The notes beneath the pieces were generated by a model. It was given only the letters and a program-made list of their open reading frames with translations, searched no databases and was not told the DNA's origin. From contig JAAOMT010000429.1 of NCBI GenBank assembly GCA_016748015.1, forward strand, positions 186,001-250,000: a stretch of 64,000 nt of DNA. Direction: 5' to 3'. Positions 12,001 through 24,516 of this stretch are shown here, in pieces. Within the stretch, counting starts at the first letter, position 1; every line of letters starts with the position of its first letter. Source of the DNA: Geosiphon pyriformis uo1 (Eukaryota > Fungi > Glomeromycota). The translations under genes were made by a program, and so were the position numbers.

Positions 12001-13727
12001 TCTCTCTTGCTCGTATTCGTGTTAGTGTTTCTAATAATTTTTTGACTGGTATGGTTCACATTCTTTTTGATTGCAATTTGTCTTTGGGTGGCTTTTTGGC
12101 CAGTACTTTTCGGTTTTGTGACGGGGTTTTTATGTCTGTCATTCTTGATGAGTCTTTGTTTTTCAAGTTTTTATCTTCTCTCCAGCATTTTGGCATTGCC
12201 TTTGTGAATCAGCTTTGTGATTGTCATGATGTTGTTTTTAGCTGGTGCATCTTCAAGCAATAGAAAAGGCTGGACCCTTGTGGCCTGGTTTCTGAATGGT
12301 TTGGACTTTTTGTTGTATTTCTTATGGCTTCTCATTTGTCTTCTACAGTCTCAGTTGGTGCTGGTTCTCTTAACTTTTGTGAGTCTGATAATTTTGTGGC
12401 TGCCTGTGGTCGTCTTTCCCAGGTTGACATCAATAGTTTGTTTGTATATATGGATGGTTCTTTGAAAAATTTGGATACAGTTGATTGTAAAGCTGGGGCT
12501 GCTGTTTTTTTTGAGGACATTGATTTGGGTTTGGGTGTCAGTGTTCAGGATTTAGTGTCATCTATTTTAGCAGAATTACAGGCTATAGCATTGGCTTTGA
12601 AGTGCGTGCCTACAGCTCATTCTATTGATTTGTTTTTGGATAATTAAGCAGCTTTAGATGCTTGTAGGTCTGAGTTAAGCCTGGTGTGTCTTGACTTTCA
12701 CAATCAATGTTGGGTCAAGCATTGGCATATTTGGAATGTTATTCACAGTAAGAATTTGAGAGTTAGTTGACACAAAATCAAGGGCCACTTCAGCATCTCA
12801 GGGAATGACTGTGCTGATAGCATTGCTGATGCTACATCTCTATCTAGTTGGTATCTTCTTCCTCGCATGGATGGACACTTTTTGTTGGCAGATGGTGGTG
12901 TTGTTTCTGGTAATTCTAAACACTTTGTTTGAGATGTTTATCGTGTGATTTGTTGTGCATGCTGGGAGGTCAGTTCCAGTTCTGGATTTCTGGTTAGTAG
13001 TTTGCATTCAGATGTTGACTGGCTCAGCTTTTTTAGGGTTTGGCACTCTGATTTGAATATGGCCACTGGTTTCACTAGCAGACTCACAGCTGATACTCAT
13101 ACTTATTTTATGAAAGCTTTGCACCATCGGCTTCCTGTGGCTGTCTGAAAGTGCATTTATAATAAATGTTATCCTAGTGTCCTGTGTCTGTATTGTGGTG
13201 AGGTAGAGGTTTCTAATCATGTGTTTTCTTGTGTGGTTGATGATTCGGCTCATCATCAGGTTCTGGAATCCTACATGTCTTATTGGAGATCACTTTCTGG
13301 GCTCTCTTTTCTCTCTTCAGTTGTGTTGCAGTTAATGTCAACCTATGCTTTAGATTTGCTGGTCTCCTTGGCTCTTTACAAGGGTTTTGTTTTCAATGGA
13401 TGGCTTTAAGAGGCTATTACTGTTTTCCATAATCCCAAGATTGCTGATGTTAAAATTACTGATTTTATGTGCTCTCTATGCTTTGCTTTTAGGGATAATA
13501 TTTGGTTGGTCCATACCAAGCATCATGCTTTTATGGAAAAAAATGGCCTGATCCCAGCAGACAGATCTATTTCCATCCCAGTTTTTGGTTCAGTTTTGAG
13601 GTTGTTGCCTGGTGTGATTAAATTGCTTGGTATTACTGAAGTTTTTGGTATTTTTTTTGGATTTCGCAAGTCTTGTTCATTTTTTTCAGGTATTGGTGAC
13701 ATAGTTTCTGTTAATATAGTTGTGTAG
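9050..13727 (+). pseudogene. LINE 2 ORF2 (APE endonuclease, RT, RNase H, C-terminal zinc finger)
   Basis: IATCNVHGLN, LGGDFN, TIDY..TDH (APE); QGEVFS and FVND(T) from FVDD (RT); VYMDGS, AELQAI, KIKGH (RNase H); CLYCGEVEVSNHVFSC. Confidence 0.92.
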
Positions 13728-13874
13728 TGTTGTTTTAACTGGCTTGAGTGGCTGGTCACGTGTGGTTAAGTGTGTGATTCACACCTAGTTTAGATCATTT
13801 TATTGATATATAGTTCTAGGTAGTGTTTGGACCTCATTTGTTAAATGTAATAAAAAAAAAAATAATAATTATTT

Positions 13875-14236
13875 TTATTTTAAAAATTTTAATTGTATAT
13901 AATTTATAATACTTAAAAATTCTGTAATTTTTTTTTATTTAAAATAAACAATATTAATATGTCTTAAATTACAAAAGTCTTAATTATATTAACAAATAAC
14001 TAAACACCCAAAAACTACTTAAATCTAAGACCAGAACTTATTTTTAAAGTTTTAACAAGTTTAAATACCAATTTTTTTAATTTAAAAAACTTAAATAATT
14101 GTTTGTTTGTTGTAATCAAATTTTTTAAATCCAAACTTATTAAAAATTTTATTAGTTAAAAAATTTAAAATGTGTTTAAAAAATATTTACATAATATTTA
14201 AATATTCAAATTTTTTTGAATTATTAAAAGCATTAT
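13875..14236 (-). mobile_element. Ghost LINE ORF2 fragment (APE-RT linker), continuing 5365-7090
   Basis: The minus strand reads KQLFKFFKLK..LVFKLVK, versus LINE 3 KQSFKFFKLELLVVKIVK. Confidence 0.6.
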
Positions 14237-14383
14237 TATTTTTGATAATTATTTTTTATTATAAGTTTTACGAATGAAGCCCAACCACTATCTAGTATAT
14301 AGAACCAAATTAAGTAGAACCAACTAAACGCAGCTTATGCACAGACTACATATAGCCAGCCATTTAGGCCAGACAAGACAACA

Positions 14384-17300
14384 CTATACACCTATAGTAA
14401 CAAAAGCATTACCACTTAAACCTGAGAAAAAATAACACAATTTGCACCTACCAAACTTAATAGCAAAAGATTTAATAACACCAAACATGTGGACAACACC
14501 AGCCAACAACATAGAAACTACACTGCTGAACAAGCCAAAAATTACACTATTATCTCCAACCAAATCAGCCTTTTTCATATCTGCTTTATGTTTGGTTCTA
14601 ACAGTCCATATCTGAGTGTGCTGCAACTTCACCATAAATCTGATGAATTCTACTAGGATCTAAGTAGCTTTCTTTCTTCCCTCAAAAACTGAAACAGCTT
14701 TGGCAAACCAATCCTTCATTCCAAAATCCTGGCATACTGCTATATAAAGACTCACATCTGAAGAACATGACGAGAGTAAGAGCAAAATAGCAGACAAAGA
14801 TGAACTCGAAAGACCAGACATTGACATCCATTTATCAGCAGCTTCAACCAAAATGTTCTCATAGAGACCAGAGTTACCAGAACAAGTGAAAACATGATCA
14901 AAGAACTCTACTTTGCTACACAGCAAACACAAAACACCAGGATAACCTCTGCTATACAACTTTTTTTTAACTGCAACTGGCAGCCACCTATATACAGCCT
15001 TCATTAAATACATGTGTAAATTGGCTGACTTTCTACTGGTAAACTCAAAAAGCATGTGTGAATTAGGATGCCAAATTGTTGCAGTAACATCCCAAATCTA
15101 TTTCCTTAATCATAATATTCGGAACTATATTAAAACCTGAACCAGCCTCCCAATGGGCACAGCATATTGATCAGTATAAGTTCCGAGCAAAATGATGAAC
15201 ATTGCCAAATATGGCAGTTTTCTCAGTGACTAAAAATCTCTTCTGAATATTAACTGGCAAAAAAAAAACAAGGAAGTAGTCTCATTAGCCAGCACATCAG
15301 CTCTTATGTTGCACAACACATCTGAATGTTCTTTAACCTTCACCCACTTAATTGAAATATTCTTGTTCTTAAGGAGATTGGCAATTTGTAATCTTTTGAC
15401 CCAACATTGGTTATGGAAATCAGATGTAGTTGAAAAAGCCTCGGAAATACAGACATCAATTACAGATTGACTATCTGAGTATAAAACCACTGAGCAAGAG
15501 AATGAAACACACTCCAAGACCAACACCACAGCTTGCAATTCAGCTAAAGTAGAGAACAAAAGTCCAGTGACCCTAACCCCAATACCCATGTCTGCAGCTG
15601 GAAAGTATGTAGCTGCTCTACCCACCACCCCAACAGAACTAGCACATCTTAAAAACCCATCTATATAAACCTTAATACAATTAGACCACATTTCCAGTAG
15701 ACTATCATAAACTTCAAAAAACCTATCAGAATCCAAAATACTTAGCACATTCTCTTTAGTAGCAGTAGCAGCACCAATCCCCAAAAAAATATAATTGTTC
15801 ATAAAATCAGACATCAAAGAAAACCAGTAAAGCACAAGGCTCCTTGGGTCTAATTGCTTCCAATACCGAAATAATTTCCAGTCCATCACCTTTCTTTTTT
15901 TGTCAAAAATTCTGTTACCAAAAGCAACACCAAAACATTTCAATAAAAAAACAAATTTGTAATACAAAAACTGATCCAGAATGCCAGACATCAAAAAATT
16001 ACTGGGCTCATGAAAGACACAAGGTAGATTGTTTGCTAAAGATAAATCATTCTCCAAAAAATTTTCACTACTCCTGCCAAGAAATTGTTAACAGAACTAA
16101 CATGCAACCTAACAGGAAATTGCAAAAAATTTAAAGAAAACCATTTCAGAACTTGCAAATCCAAAATTCTATAATTAAATAAATGTTCAAAAATGCCATA
16201 ACCATTAGAAAATGAAATCAGTAACACCAGTTTTCCTTCAGACTGCACTTGCTTAAAAGGCTTCAATCCATATAAAGAAGAATAGTGCAAGACCTCACTG
16301 GAGAAGTCACGCAGTAAACCAGCTTTGGCTCTGAGATCTTTTCTAATCATGATATCTCACTTACAACACACACCTAAAGTAATAAAACTGAACTGTGTAT
16401 GATAGTTAATAATGGGCTGTAAAACTGCTAAAACCAAATAACAGAATTGTTTGTCTGTAATAGCTTTTCTTAACACTATATTAGAAAAAAACCTGATATT
16501 CTTATGGGCTTGAGCCAAACTGGGCTTAGAAAGACCCTCAATTGACAAAAAGATACCCAAGTATCAGTATGACTTACCCTTTTTAGCAATCAAAATTGGC
16601 ATTCTATTGATTAATAGCAAAGCATTCTTAACCCCTCAATTGATAAAGATTGTTACTGTCTTATCATTATTAATTGAGATGTCATTGATCACAAAAAACT
16701 CATTTGCAATATTCAAAATATATTGTGTAAATGCCTGACTATTACTGACCCAAATCGTATTATCAACAAAAGCACCTGCAGCCAAAAAGGAGGTTTTTCC
16801 CTTACTTGCCTCAATTCTGCCAGACTTTGCTACAAACCTAGAATCAATTCTATATCTGCATAATTGCTTATGTCTTTTCACTTCACACAAAAGTGGATTG
16901 TAAAATATTCTTCAAAGCAATGGGGAAAAGACCTCTCCTTGATTCAACCCATCATGTACTCTATAACTATCCGAGAGCCCAAAGTCAGTCATCACCCTGT
17001 TGAGCCAGTTTCCATGAATGTTGCCAAAAAATTGGATAAAATGTCCACACATTTTGATGTAATGTAAGCTTGTCTATAAATAATGTCAGCCTACTGAATC
17101 ATAAGCTTTGCACATATCCTGTAGCACTAACCAAAGCTCTTTGTTTTTCTCCAGAGCATTCTTAACAACTAAGCCAATAGCAAAAATAGGAAACTGGGTC
17201 AAAGTATCTTTTAACACTAAAAAATTGTCACCATAAAGAACATTAAACTTGCTACAAGCCAAAAATATCCGATCAGATAAGATCTTAGACAGTATTTTAC

Positions 17301-19074
17301 ATGCTGTCTCAACCAATGCAATAGATCTGGTATTTGTCAAAATACCATTCCACTTATAAGGTTTTGGAATCATTGAAACCCACATTTCTTTTCACAGATT
17401 AGGAACTGCACCCATACTCAAGCACAAATTCAACAATTTCAAAAGACAGACCAAAACCTTTCCATCACAATGCTTTTAAAGTTTATTAGGTATCCCAAAT
17501 AACCTGGCTGTTTTATCATTTAGCAGATTATTAACAACCAAGAACAATTTCTTTATACTAATTTCAACTATTACACCAGAGAAAGCATTATCATCCACAT
17601 AATTCAGAGGCATATATTGTTGAGCCCAGAGGTCAGGTATTTTTGGAAGAACTGATCGCTTCCTTGTCCACCCTTCTATAATTTTATCAACCTTAAGCTT
17701 TACTTCATTAGACTCAATCACCAGCTCATTATCCACTACCAAGTGATCTAAAACCACCTTGCAAAATAGACATTTCAGAATGCTCTTTATCATTTTTTTT
17801 TTGTCAAAACAGAAGTTTTTCATATAATAGTCAATTGTTTTTCTTATAGCAGTATTTTCAGCAATCTTAAACTCATAATACTTGGACTTATGATACCTTT
17901 TTTTTATCACCAACAAATGTTTAATCAACTTCATCAAGCTTATACCATTCAAAACCATGCTATCAACCTTGGAAGTTTTGACTGCATTAACAGCCAACCA
18001 AACTTTAATAAGGCAGTTAAAATTCAGAAGGTCACCAGAGTTCCAACATTTCACAATCTTTACAACAAGCAGCTCTAATTTAAAGAATTTGAAGGATTGT
18101 TTATTCCTCAAACAGTCATATTCACTATACCATATCATAGAAAAAACTGTGTCAGCAGCCTGTACTATGGCCTTTTCCAATAATTTCCACATTGTATTCA
18201 AGTTACCATTGACCTTTGCCTCTTCAAACATGTCTGACCTAGCCAAAAAATTGGCAGAAAAGTAGTCTTTAAAGCTTAACCATTGAACATTATCTGCATC
18301 TTTTAATTTGAACTTCCACTGGTTTCAGTTGGCTTGCTTGCAAATGCTAATAAGATATGTATCCAGCAGTCCACCCAAACCAATTGAAATGAAAACTGAC
18401 TTATGATCTGTATCAAAAAACCCAGATACATCATCAACAAAATGTGATGTCATAGCAAATGCCAAATTCCCACTCACTAAAATAAAATCAATCACTTTCT
18501 CAACAACTTTAGAATTGCTCCAGATGAAAGCCTTGGCCAATGAGTGTTTATTAAAAGTATTAACCAGGCTTAAACCCAAACAGAACTTGAAACTTGCACT
18601 TTTGTTAGACTCATTCTCATTAAAGTTGCCACTCAAAACCACAAAAGAGCTGGCATTGACTGCCTTAGAAATCATAGAATTAATATCAGCAGCTTGACTA
18701 AACCATGTACTGATGGATACACCAGCATACAGACCCAAGACCATAACTGAAAGCTTGTTTTTAAACAGAAGATGCACAGAAATCAAATAACCAGGAATCT
18801 CATCCATTTTTGAAACATGTTAAGCCAAAGAATTGTTTATAATTATGGCCACCCCAGCACTACAAAACCCAACATCCAAACTAGAAGTAAAAACCCAAAG
18901 TCCATCAAATTTATTCACAATCCAAGGCCTAATGTCAGATCTCAATTTAGTCTCAGTAATAATTGAAATCATATTACTTGAATCCTTATGCCAATGGACA
19001 ATGTTTTTCTGTTTAGCTAAATTTGTCATACCCCTAACATTGCACATAGCCACTCTTCAAATGAGCTCACTCAT
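14384..19074 (-). pseudogene. LINE 3 ORF2 (APE-RT-RNase H-zinc finger)
   Basis: MCNVRGM, ITETK, IDFI..DTDH; AFVDN (from FVDD); VYIDG, AELQA, YSDSQ, WVKVKEHS; CLLCSKVE..DHVFTC. Confidence 0.92.
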
Positions 19075-20954
19075 TGATGCAAAGGATGCATCAAAGAACC
19101 TGAATTTATGCACAACAGATCTAACTTCTCCAGGATTGAGCCAATAAAAACCTTAAGAGCCATCATCTTAGATTTCAAACCACTAATCTTGGAAATAAGA
19201 ACTTTTGAACTGCTTGGACCTAAATCTGCCACTTTGTCTTTTAATATTAAAGAAAAAAGAAGAAGGGATGACCATAGGACATTCAGAATCATATCAATAT
19301 TCGGTAATGCCAAAGTAGGAACAGGAGTGACTGGAGGTGCAACTTGAGTAATTGGCACCAAGGGCACAAGCTTCACACCATTTAATCTATGCATGATACC
19401 TGACACTTGATCAGCTAGCAACTCTAAAGAATGTTTGAGCAAAGCTAGATGATCATTGATTGAGGATTTATTTTGAACAACTAGTGTGTTTCCCTTAATA
19501 CCTGAAGAACCAGGAGGAGGAAGATCAGACTTAGCACCAGAGGTGAAATAGAGGTCACCAGAAGGAGAAGCAAGTAAGACCACTTGCATCCAAGATTTGC
19601 CACCAAAGACAACAGGTCTAGAAATAGGAACACTTTTTTTAGTGTACAATTTTGCTAACTGAAGATGACAGTTTTCTGAAGTAACTCTTTTAACAATTTT
19701 TGAAGGTTTGGTAATGGGCAGAGATAGTGCATCACACTTCAGAGCTGAATGGCCAAGAAGACCACATTTTTCACAGTGAACCAAGTCCAATCTAGTCCAA
19801 GATAATTTAATATCATTAAATATTGGCTCAGTGCGATAAACAGATTCCATTGCATTCTCAAACTCAAAGCCAACCACAACACAGCAAATCCTATTGTCGG
19901 AATTCAACAAACAATTTATAATACAAGTTTTGTCACCAACTCTTTCCAACAGAATGCTCAAATTATAAGCAGTTATTCTTACAGACAAAGTAAACAACAA
20001 AGCCCTGAATTGGTCTCTTGATGCCCATGTTCCACGATCTTTCATAGTCATAGCCACTCACACAGAATCTTTTTAAATTAAAAAAGACCATTTAGCAGCT
20101 AATTGTTCAGCCTGACCTAGTTCAGCAAATTCTACCACTGCCTTTTGCCATAATCCAATAAGTTGAATTTTGATTGACTTAATTTCACCAAACTCAGCTA
20201 GTGCAGTAACAATCATTTCCTTTGGCGTATCCATAGAAATTTTTTTGACAACTACAGCCCAATCTAAATGAATTTTTTGTTTTTTAAGATCACTGTTTAC
20301 ATCAATCTTTTTTTCTCTGGCCAATGATGCGGCCATTTCCATGTTTTTTTCTGAAGTAAAGGTAGATTGGATGATTCCTTCAAATTTTGAGAGAATAGTG
20401 GCCCTCCCAAAACCATTGACTGATGAAAAAATTTTTCTAATTAACTGAGTTTTTACCATTGCTGATTTTCATTCTACAGCTAAGAAATTAATATCCAAAG
20501 TGAATGATCTTTTAATTGACACTTCCACAGAAGTCTTAATAATCTTTGGATCAATTCACTTTTTTTCAAGGGAGATAGACAAGTGAAAAGAGAGCACAAC
20601 TTTATCATCATCCATATGAAAATTAGGAGAGCCGAGTGGAGAACCAAAACTAGCACCAGTGTTGACTCGCTTTGCCTTGGGTGTAGTAGCAGCCAAGCCC
20701 AAAAGAGACTCACCATTTGCCCCAGACATGCTAACATCCTCATCCTTACCAGATAAACTTTCCACATCAGAATAAACACTATCACCAGATCCAGATTTGC
20801 TCAAGGATATATTCCTTTTATTACCAGAGTATTTGACATTATCAAGAACAACTTTTTTCTTCTGAGAAAAGGAGCCACCAGCAGGACCATAAAAAGTGCT
20901 CTTAAAAGTCTTCTTCTTAAATATAGTGCTACTAACAGTAGCTTCCATATCCAT
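19071..20954 (-). pseudogene. LINE 3 ORF1 (CCHC knuckle CEKCGLLGHSALKC)
   Basis: ORF-track fragments 20556-20954, 20073-20459 and 19071-20057 are homologous to LINE 2 ORF1. Confidence 0.88.
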
Positions 20955-21292
20955 GAAAAATTGATTATTATTATATAAAAAAATATTGATATAGACTAAA
21001 AAACAAAAAAAAAACTTCTTTTTTACAAAAAATGCACTCTTTGAGGATTTTTGAAGGTAAGAAAAAAAAAAGTTTCCTAAATATTTTTGATAATAAATAT
21101 TCTTAAAATAACAATATTTAATATTATCTGTATTTTTAATAATTTTTATTAGTATTTTTGCATAAAATATTTAATCATATATTTAAAATTTTTTTGGAAT
21201 TTAAAAATTTTGGTTGATTGAATTTTTTATATAATAAACAAAAATTTATTCATAACTACTAATAATACTTAATATTTAATTTTTTTTAGCAT

Positions 21293-22274
21293 TGTTACTG
21301 GAGGTTTTTGGTCTCTTTTTTTGAATGTTGTAACTGTTTGTTGGTTGCAAATTCACGTTTTCTAGAAGTAGTTGAACCTCCAATAACTGAATTTATCTTT
21401 AAATTATCTCCTATAATTTGAACTGCTGGGCTTATAAGTGGAATGACCAATTCTATGCCAGTTGGTTTGTGTAGTTATGTTGTAGTAAACGTCAACTCTT
21501 TTCCAGAAATTGCTCATTTAGAAGCTCACTAAAAATGTGTAGTTACTTTACTGTAAAAGTCAACTCTTTTACAGGTATCTTGTCTGTAGGCTACCCTAAT
21601 GATTATAATAAGAAAATAAAAGAAAGAAAATAAAAGAAATGTAAAAGAAATAGAATTCTGTCAAGGGAAACATTTTTTATCCAGGCCTGGAGTCACTAAC
21701 AGTTTACTGAAATTGGTAGCTAATCAATTTCAAAACATTAGTTGGGTTTTGGGGATTTTCCAAGTGCAATAATTAAAGAATTTGGTTTTTTAAATTATTT
21801 AATATTTATTTCTTTTTGTGTGTGTAGAAATGGTTCTAAGTGATAAATCTAAAATAAGATACATTTTTTCGAAAAGAGAAGCTCTTTTTTTATACAATTT
21901 GTCATAACACTATTCTATGAACTTGAACTTTGCTCTTTTCTATAATTTTGCTGAACTAAAAATACATTTCGGCAAACTACAAGTTATTTCTGCAAACTAT
22001 TAGATATTTTGGTAAATTATCAATTATTTCAGCAAATTTCTACAATTTTTGGCAAACTTTTGGATGTTACATATTTCGGGGTATTGCATGATTGATCATT
22101 GCACTTAGATTACATTTGTGTTATGTACAAATTGGGTTATTAATTAAATAATAATTTCGGACATTTTGCTAATATAATAAGTAATAATTTGAAACGATAA
22201 TATATGCTAATTAATGATATGAATTATAAAAGTAATTTCATGCTAAACAATATCTCTAATTTTGTCTGGTAACA
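21293..22274 (-). repeat. 3' LTR of Gypsy copy 2
   Basis: 982-bp direct repeat of 30161-31143; PPT (minus strand aggaggag) adjacent at about 22279-22286. Confidence 0.95.
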
Positions 22275-22962
22275 TAATCTCCTCCTAAAGACTAAGCTCC
22301 ATCGAAATCCAAGTACTGTCTGTAATTTCCAGATAATAATCCAAAATTATTGAAGAAATTTGGTCTAAAAATTGTTGAAATTTCAGTTCTGTGAGCTTTC
22401 CAATGTATTGAATCTTCAAAGATTGTAAAATTGGGTTTTGTAGGATGTTTTTACAGGTGTGGAATAGGTCATAAAGTCTAAGAGCAGCTCTGAGCTTGTA
22501 GCAACTATTTGTTGGTCCAGTTGTTGTCTTGAATTCATTGTGGAGTTGTTTTTGAATAGCTTTTTTTGTGAGATTTGGTATTGTAAGTTCCAGTTTTCAT
22601 TTGTAGAGTGTTTTTCCAATATGGAAATATCTATAGATTGAAGGGTGTTCAATGCTTTCCTCATTGAGATACAGTTGCAGTTTTTGTTGAATTGTAGCAT
22701 TTGGTGGAATACTAATCAGAGTGAGCATTAAGTTTTCTCTTAAAGCAAGCTTTAAAAGTTCTGACAAGTGAATTCCAAAATAACTTCTTGTGTTCTTCTT
22801 ATATGGGTGATATTTTCGTGAATTTGGGACTAAATTTGTAACTACTTTTGTTTGGATATAATTAATGTGGTTTCCAGTAACAGTAATAGATAATTCGGGT
22901 ATTGTTTTTAAAGCTAACATTAATTTTTGGAATAATTGTTGAATGTTTTGAGAAATAGTCAT
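22243..22962 (-). pseudogene. Gypsy accessory ORF3 (unknown ~239-aa protein)
   Basis: 240 codons, homologous to 1387-2106, with internal stops at different positions. Confidence 0.75.
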
Positions 22963-23084
22963 TATAAGAGATTTGAAAATAAAAAAAAATTATTTTTGGT
23001 GTATGAGTTTTTATGTTATTTTTGTTTTGTTTTTGTGAGATTGTTTCTAAATTATAAGAAGATAACTATAATAATAAATTTAAA

Positions 23085-24470
23085 TTAAGTGTTCAAGTTG
23101 GGAGGTTGTTCAATGACAACTATTGGTTCTAAATTTCGGGGAATATCTTCAGGATTGATTAGAAGAAAATATGTACCAATTTGTGGAATTAATAGTTCAG
23201 GATTGTTTCTGGAATTATAGTGTTTCAAATAATCTCCATGTGCAACTTTTGTTAGGATTTTGTCATCAAGTCTTAGTTTGTATGATCTATTGCCTAGGAC
23301 TTCATATATAAAAAATGGTCTATCCCATTTATTTTCAAATTTTTCACTCCATTGTTTTTGAGCTTTAGTTCTGTGTAAAAGAACTTTGTTTCCGATTTTA
23401 AATTCATTGGTAATTGGAGACAATTTGTCATCATGCCATTCTTTTTGTTGAGCTTGGGAGTGTTTAATATGGGTGGCTGCTATTTGTTGTTTTCCTTCCA
23501 ATATGCTAAGCAAAGTGTAGACTCTTCATTGTAGTGTTTTCTGAAAGTTTTCTTTATTAATTGGTTGTATTGGGTATGTTTTCATTATGAAACTAATTGG
23601 TAACATTGCTGTCCTTTCGTATGTTAAATCAAATAGTGTGTGTTTTGTGGTATCTTGTTTTAGTGTTCTATATACCAGTAATATTGATGAAATAAAGAGA
23701 TCCCATTTTTGCTCAAAATTGGTTGAGACTTTGGCTAATGATTCACACAATGTTCTGTTAAAATGTTCTATAAATCTATTTGTTTGTAGATGGTAGGGCG
23801 AAAATAATGGTCTCTTGACATTAAATTATTCACAAATTTCTTGGATTAAATTGTTCACAAAATGTGTTCTTTGATCAAATAAAAGTTTTATTGGGCATCT
23901 ATGTTTACAAATGATGTCTTCATAGATGAAGTTTGCTACTGATTTCACATCTGCTCATTGAATGGCTCTGGCTTCAGACCATTTGGTGAGATAGTCTACA
24001 GCTACTGCAATATAACAGTTTCCTTGGTTTGTGATAGGTAGTGGTCCGACTAAATTAATACCAACTTGATCAAAAGACTGTTCAACTTTGATTGAGTTTA
24101 AAGATTTTGTAGGGTGAGTTCCTCTTCTTCTTTGACAACTATTACAAGACTTAATGTATTTATGAATGTTTTTTCTCATTCGAGGCCAAAAGTAATATTC
24201 TAGTGTTCTCTGAATGGTGCTGTCTTTTCCTAGGTGTGCTGAGGAGGGGTCTGAGTGCATATTATATAAAATAGTTTTTTTTTCATGTTCTTGTATTAAT
24301 CTAAGCAGATTGTTTGAGTTTCTGAAGTTTCAATAATAAATTATGTTGTTGTGTAAGAGATATTGTTTGGCTTGTTGTTGTAACCGATGTTTTTTATCTA
24401 AGGACCAATCTGTTGGGATTGTTAATGTCTCCAAATATTGTTTAAAATTGTTGTAGTTTTCAGGATTCAT
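23085..24470 (-). pseudogene. Integrase ORF with its own ATG (MNPENYNNF...)
   Basis: ATG at 24470 is in frame with the HSDPSSAHLG..CNSCQR, VDYLTKW and ENKWDRPF fragments. Confidence 0.88.
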
Positions 24471-24516
24471 TGTTTGTTGTTTTGTTGTTAATTCAAATGG
24501 GTGTTGGTTTTGTATT

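Larger units (their letters stand above)
7103..13862 (+). mobile_element. LINE 2: full-length, degenerate non-LTR retrotransposon (ORF1 + APE-RT-RNase H-zinc finger ORF2)
   Basis: Two-ORF layout, poly(A) at 13852-13862, candidate TSD TAATAATTATTT at 7091-7102 and 13863-13874. Confidence 0.93.
14250..21081 (-). mobile_element. LINE 3: full-length, degenerate non-LTR retrotransposon, divergent relative of LINE 2, tail-to-tail with it
   Basis: ORF1 20954-19071, ORF2 19074-14384, shared 3' tail with A-run at 14252-14257, 13-bp TSD TATTTTTGATAAT at 14237-14249 and 21082-21094. Confidence 0.93.

Noticed and set aside
13740-13752. tRNA A-box-like TGGCTTGAGTGG in the LINE tail
   Set aside because: No B-box or cloverleaf, and the spacing is off by one base.
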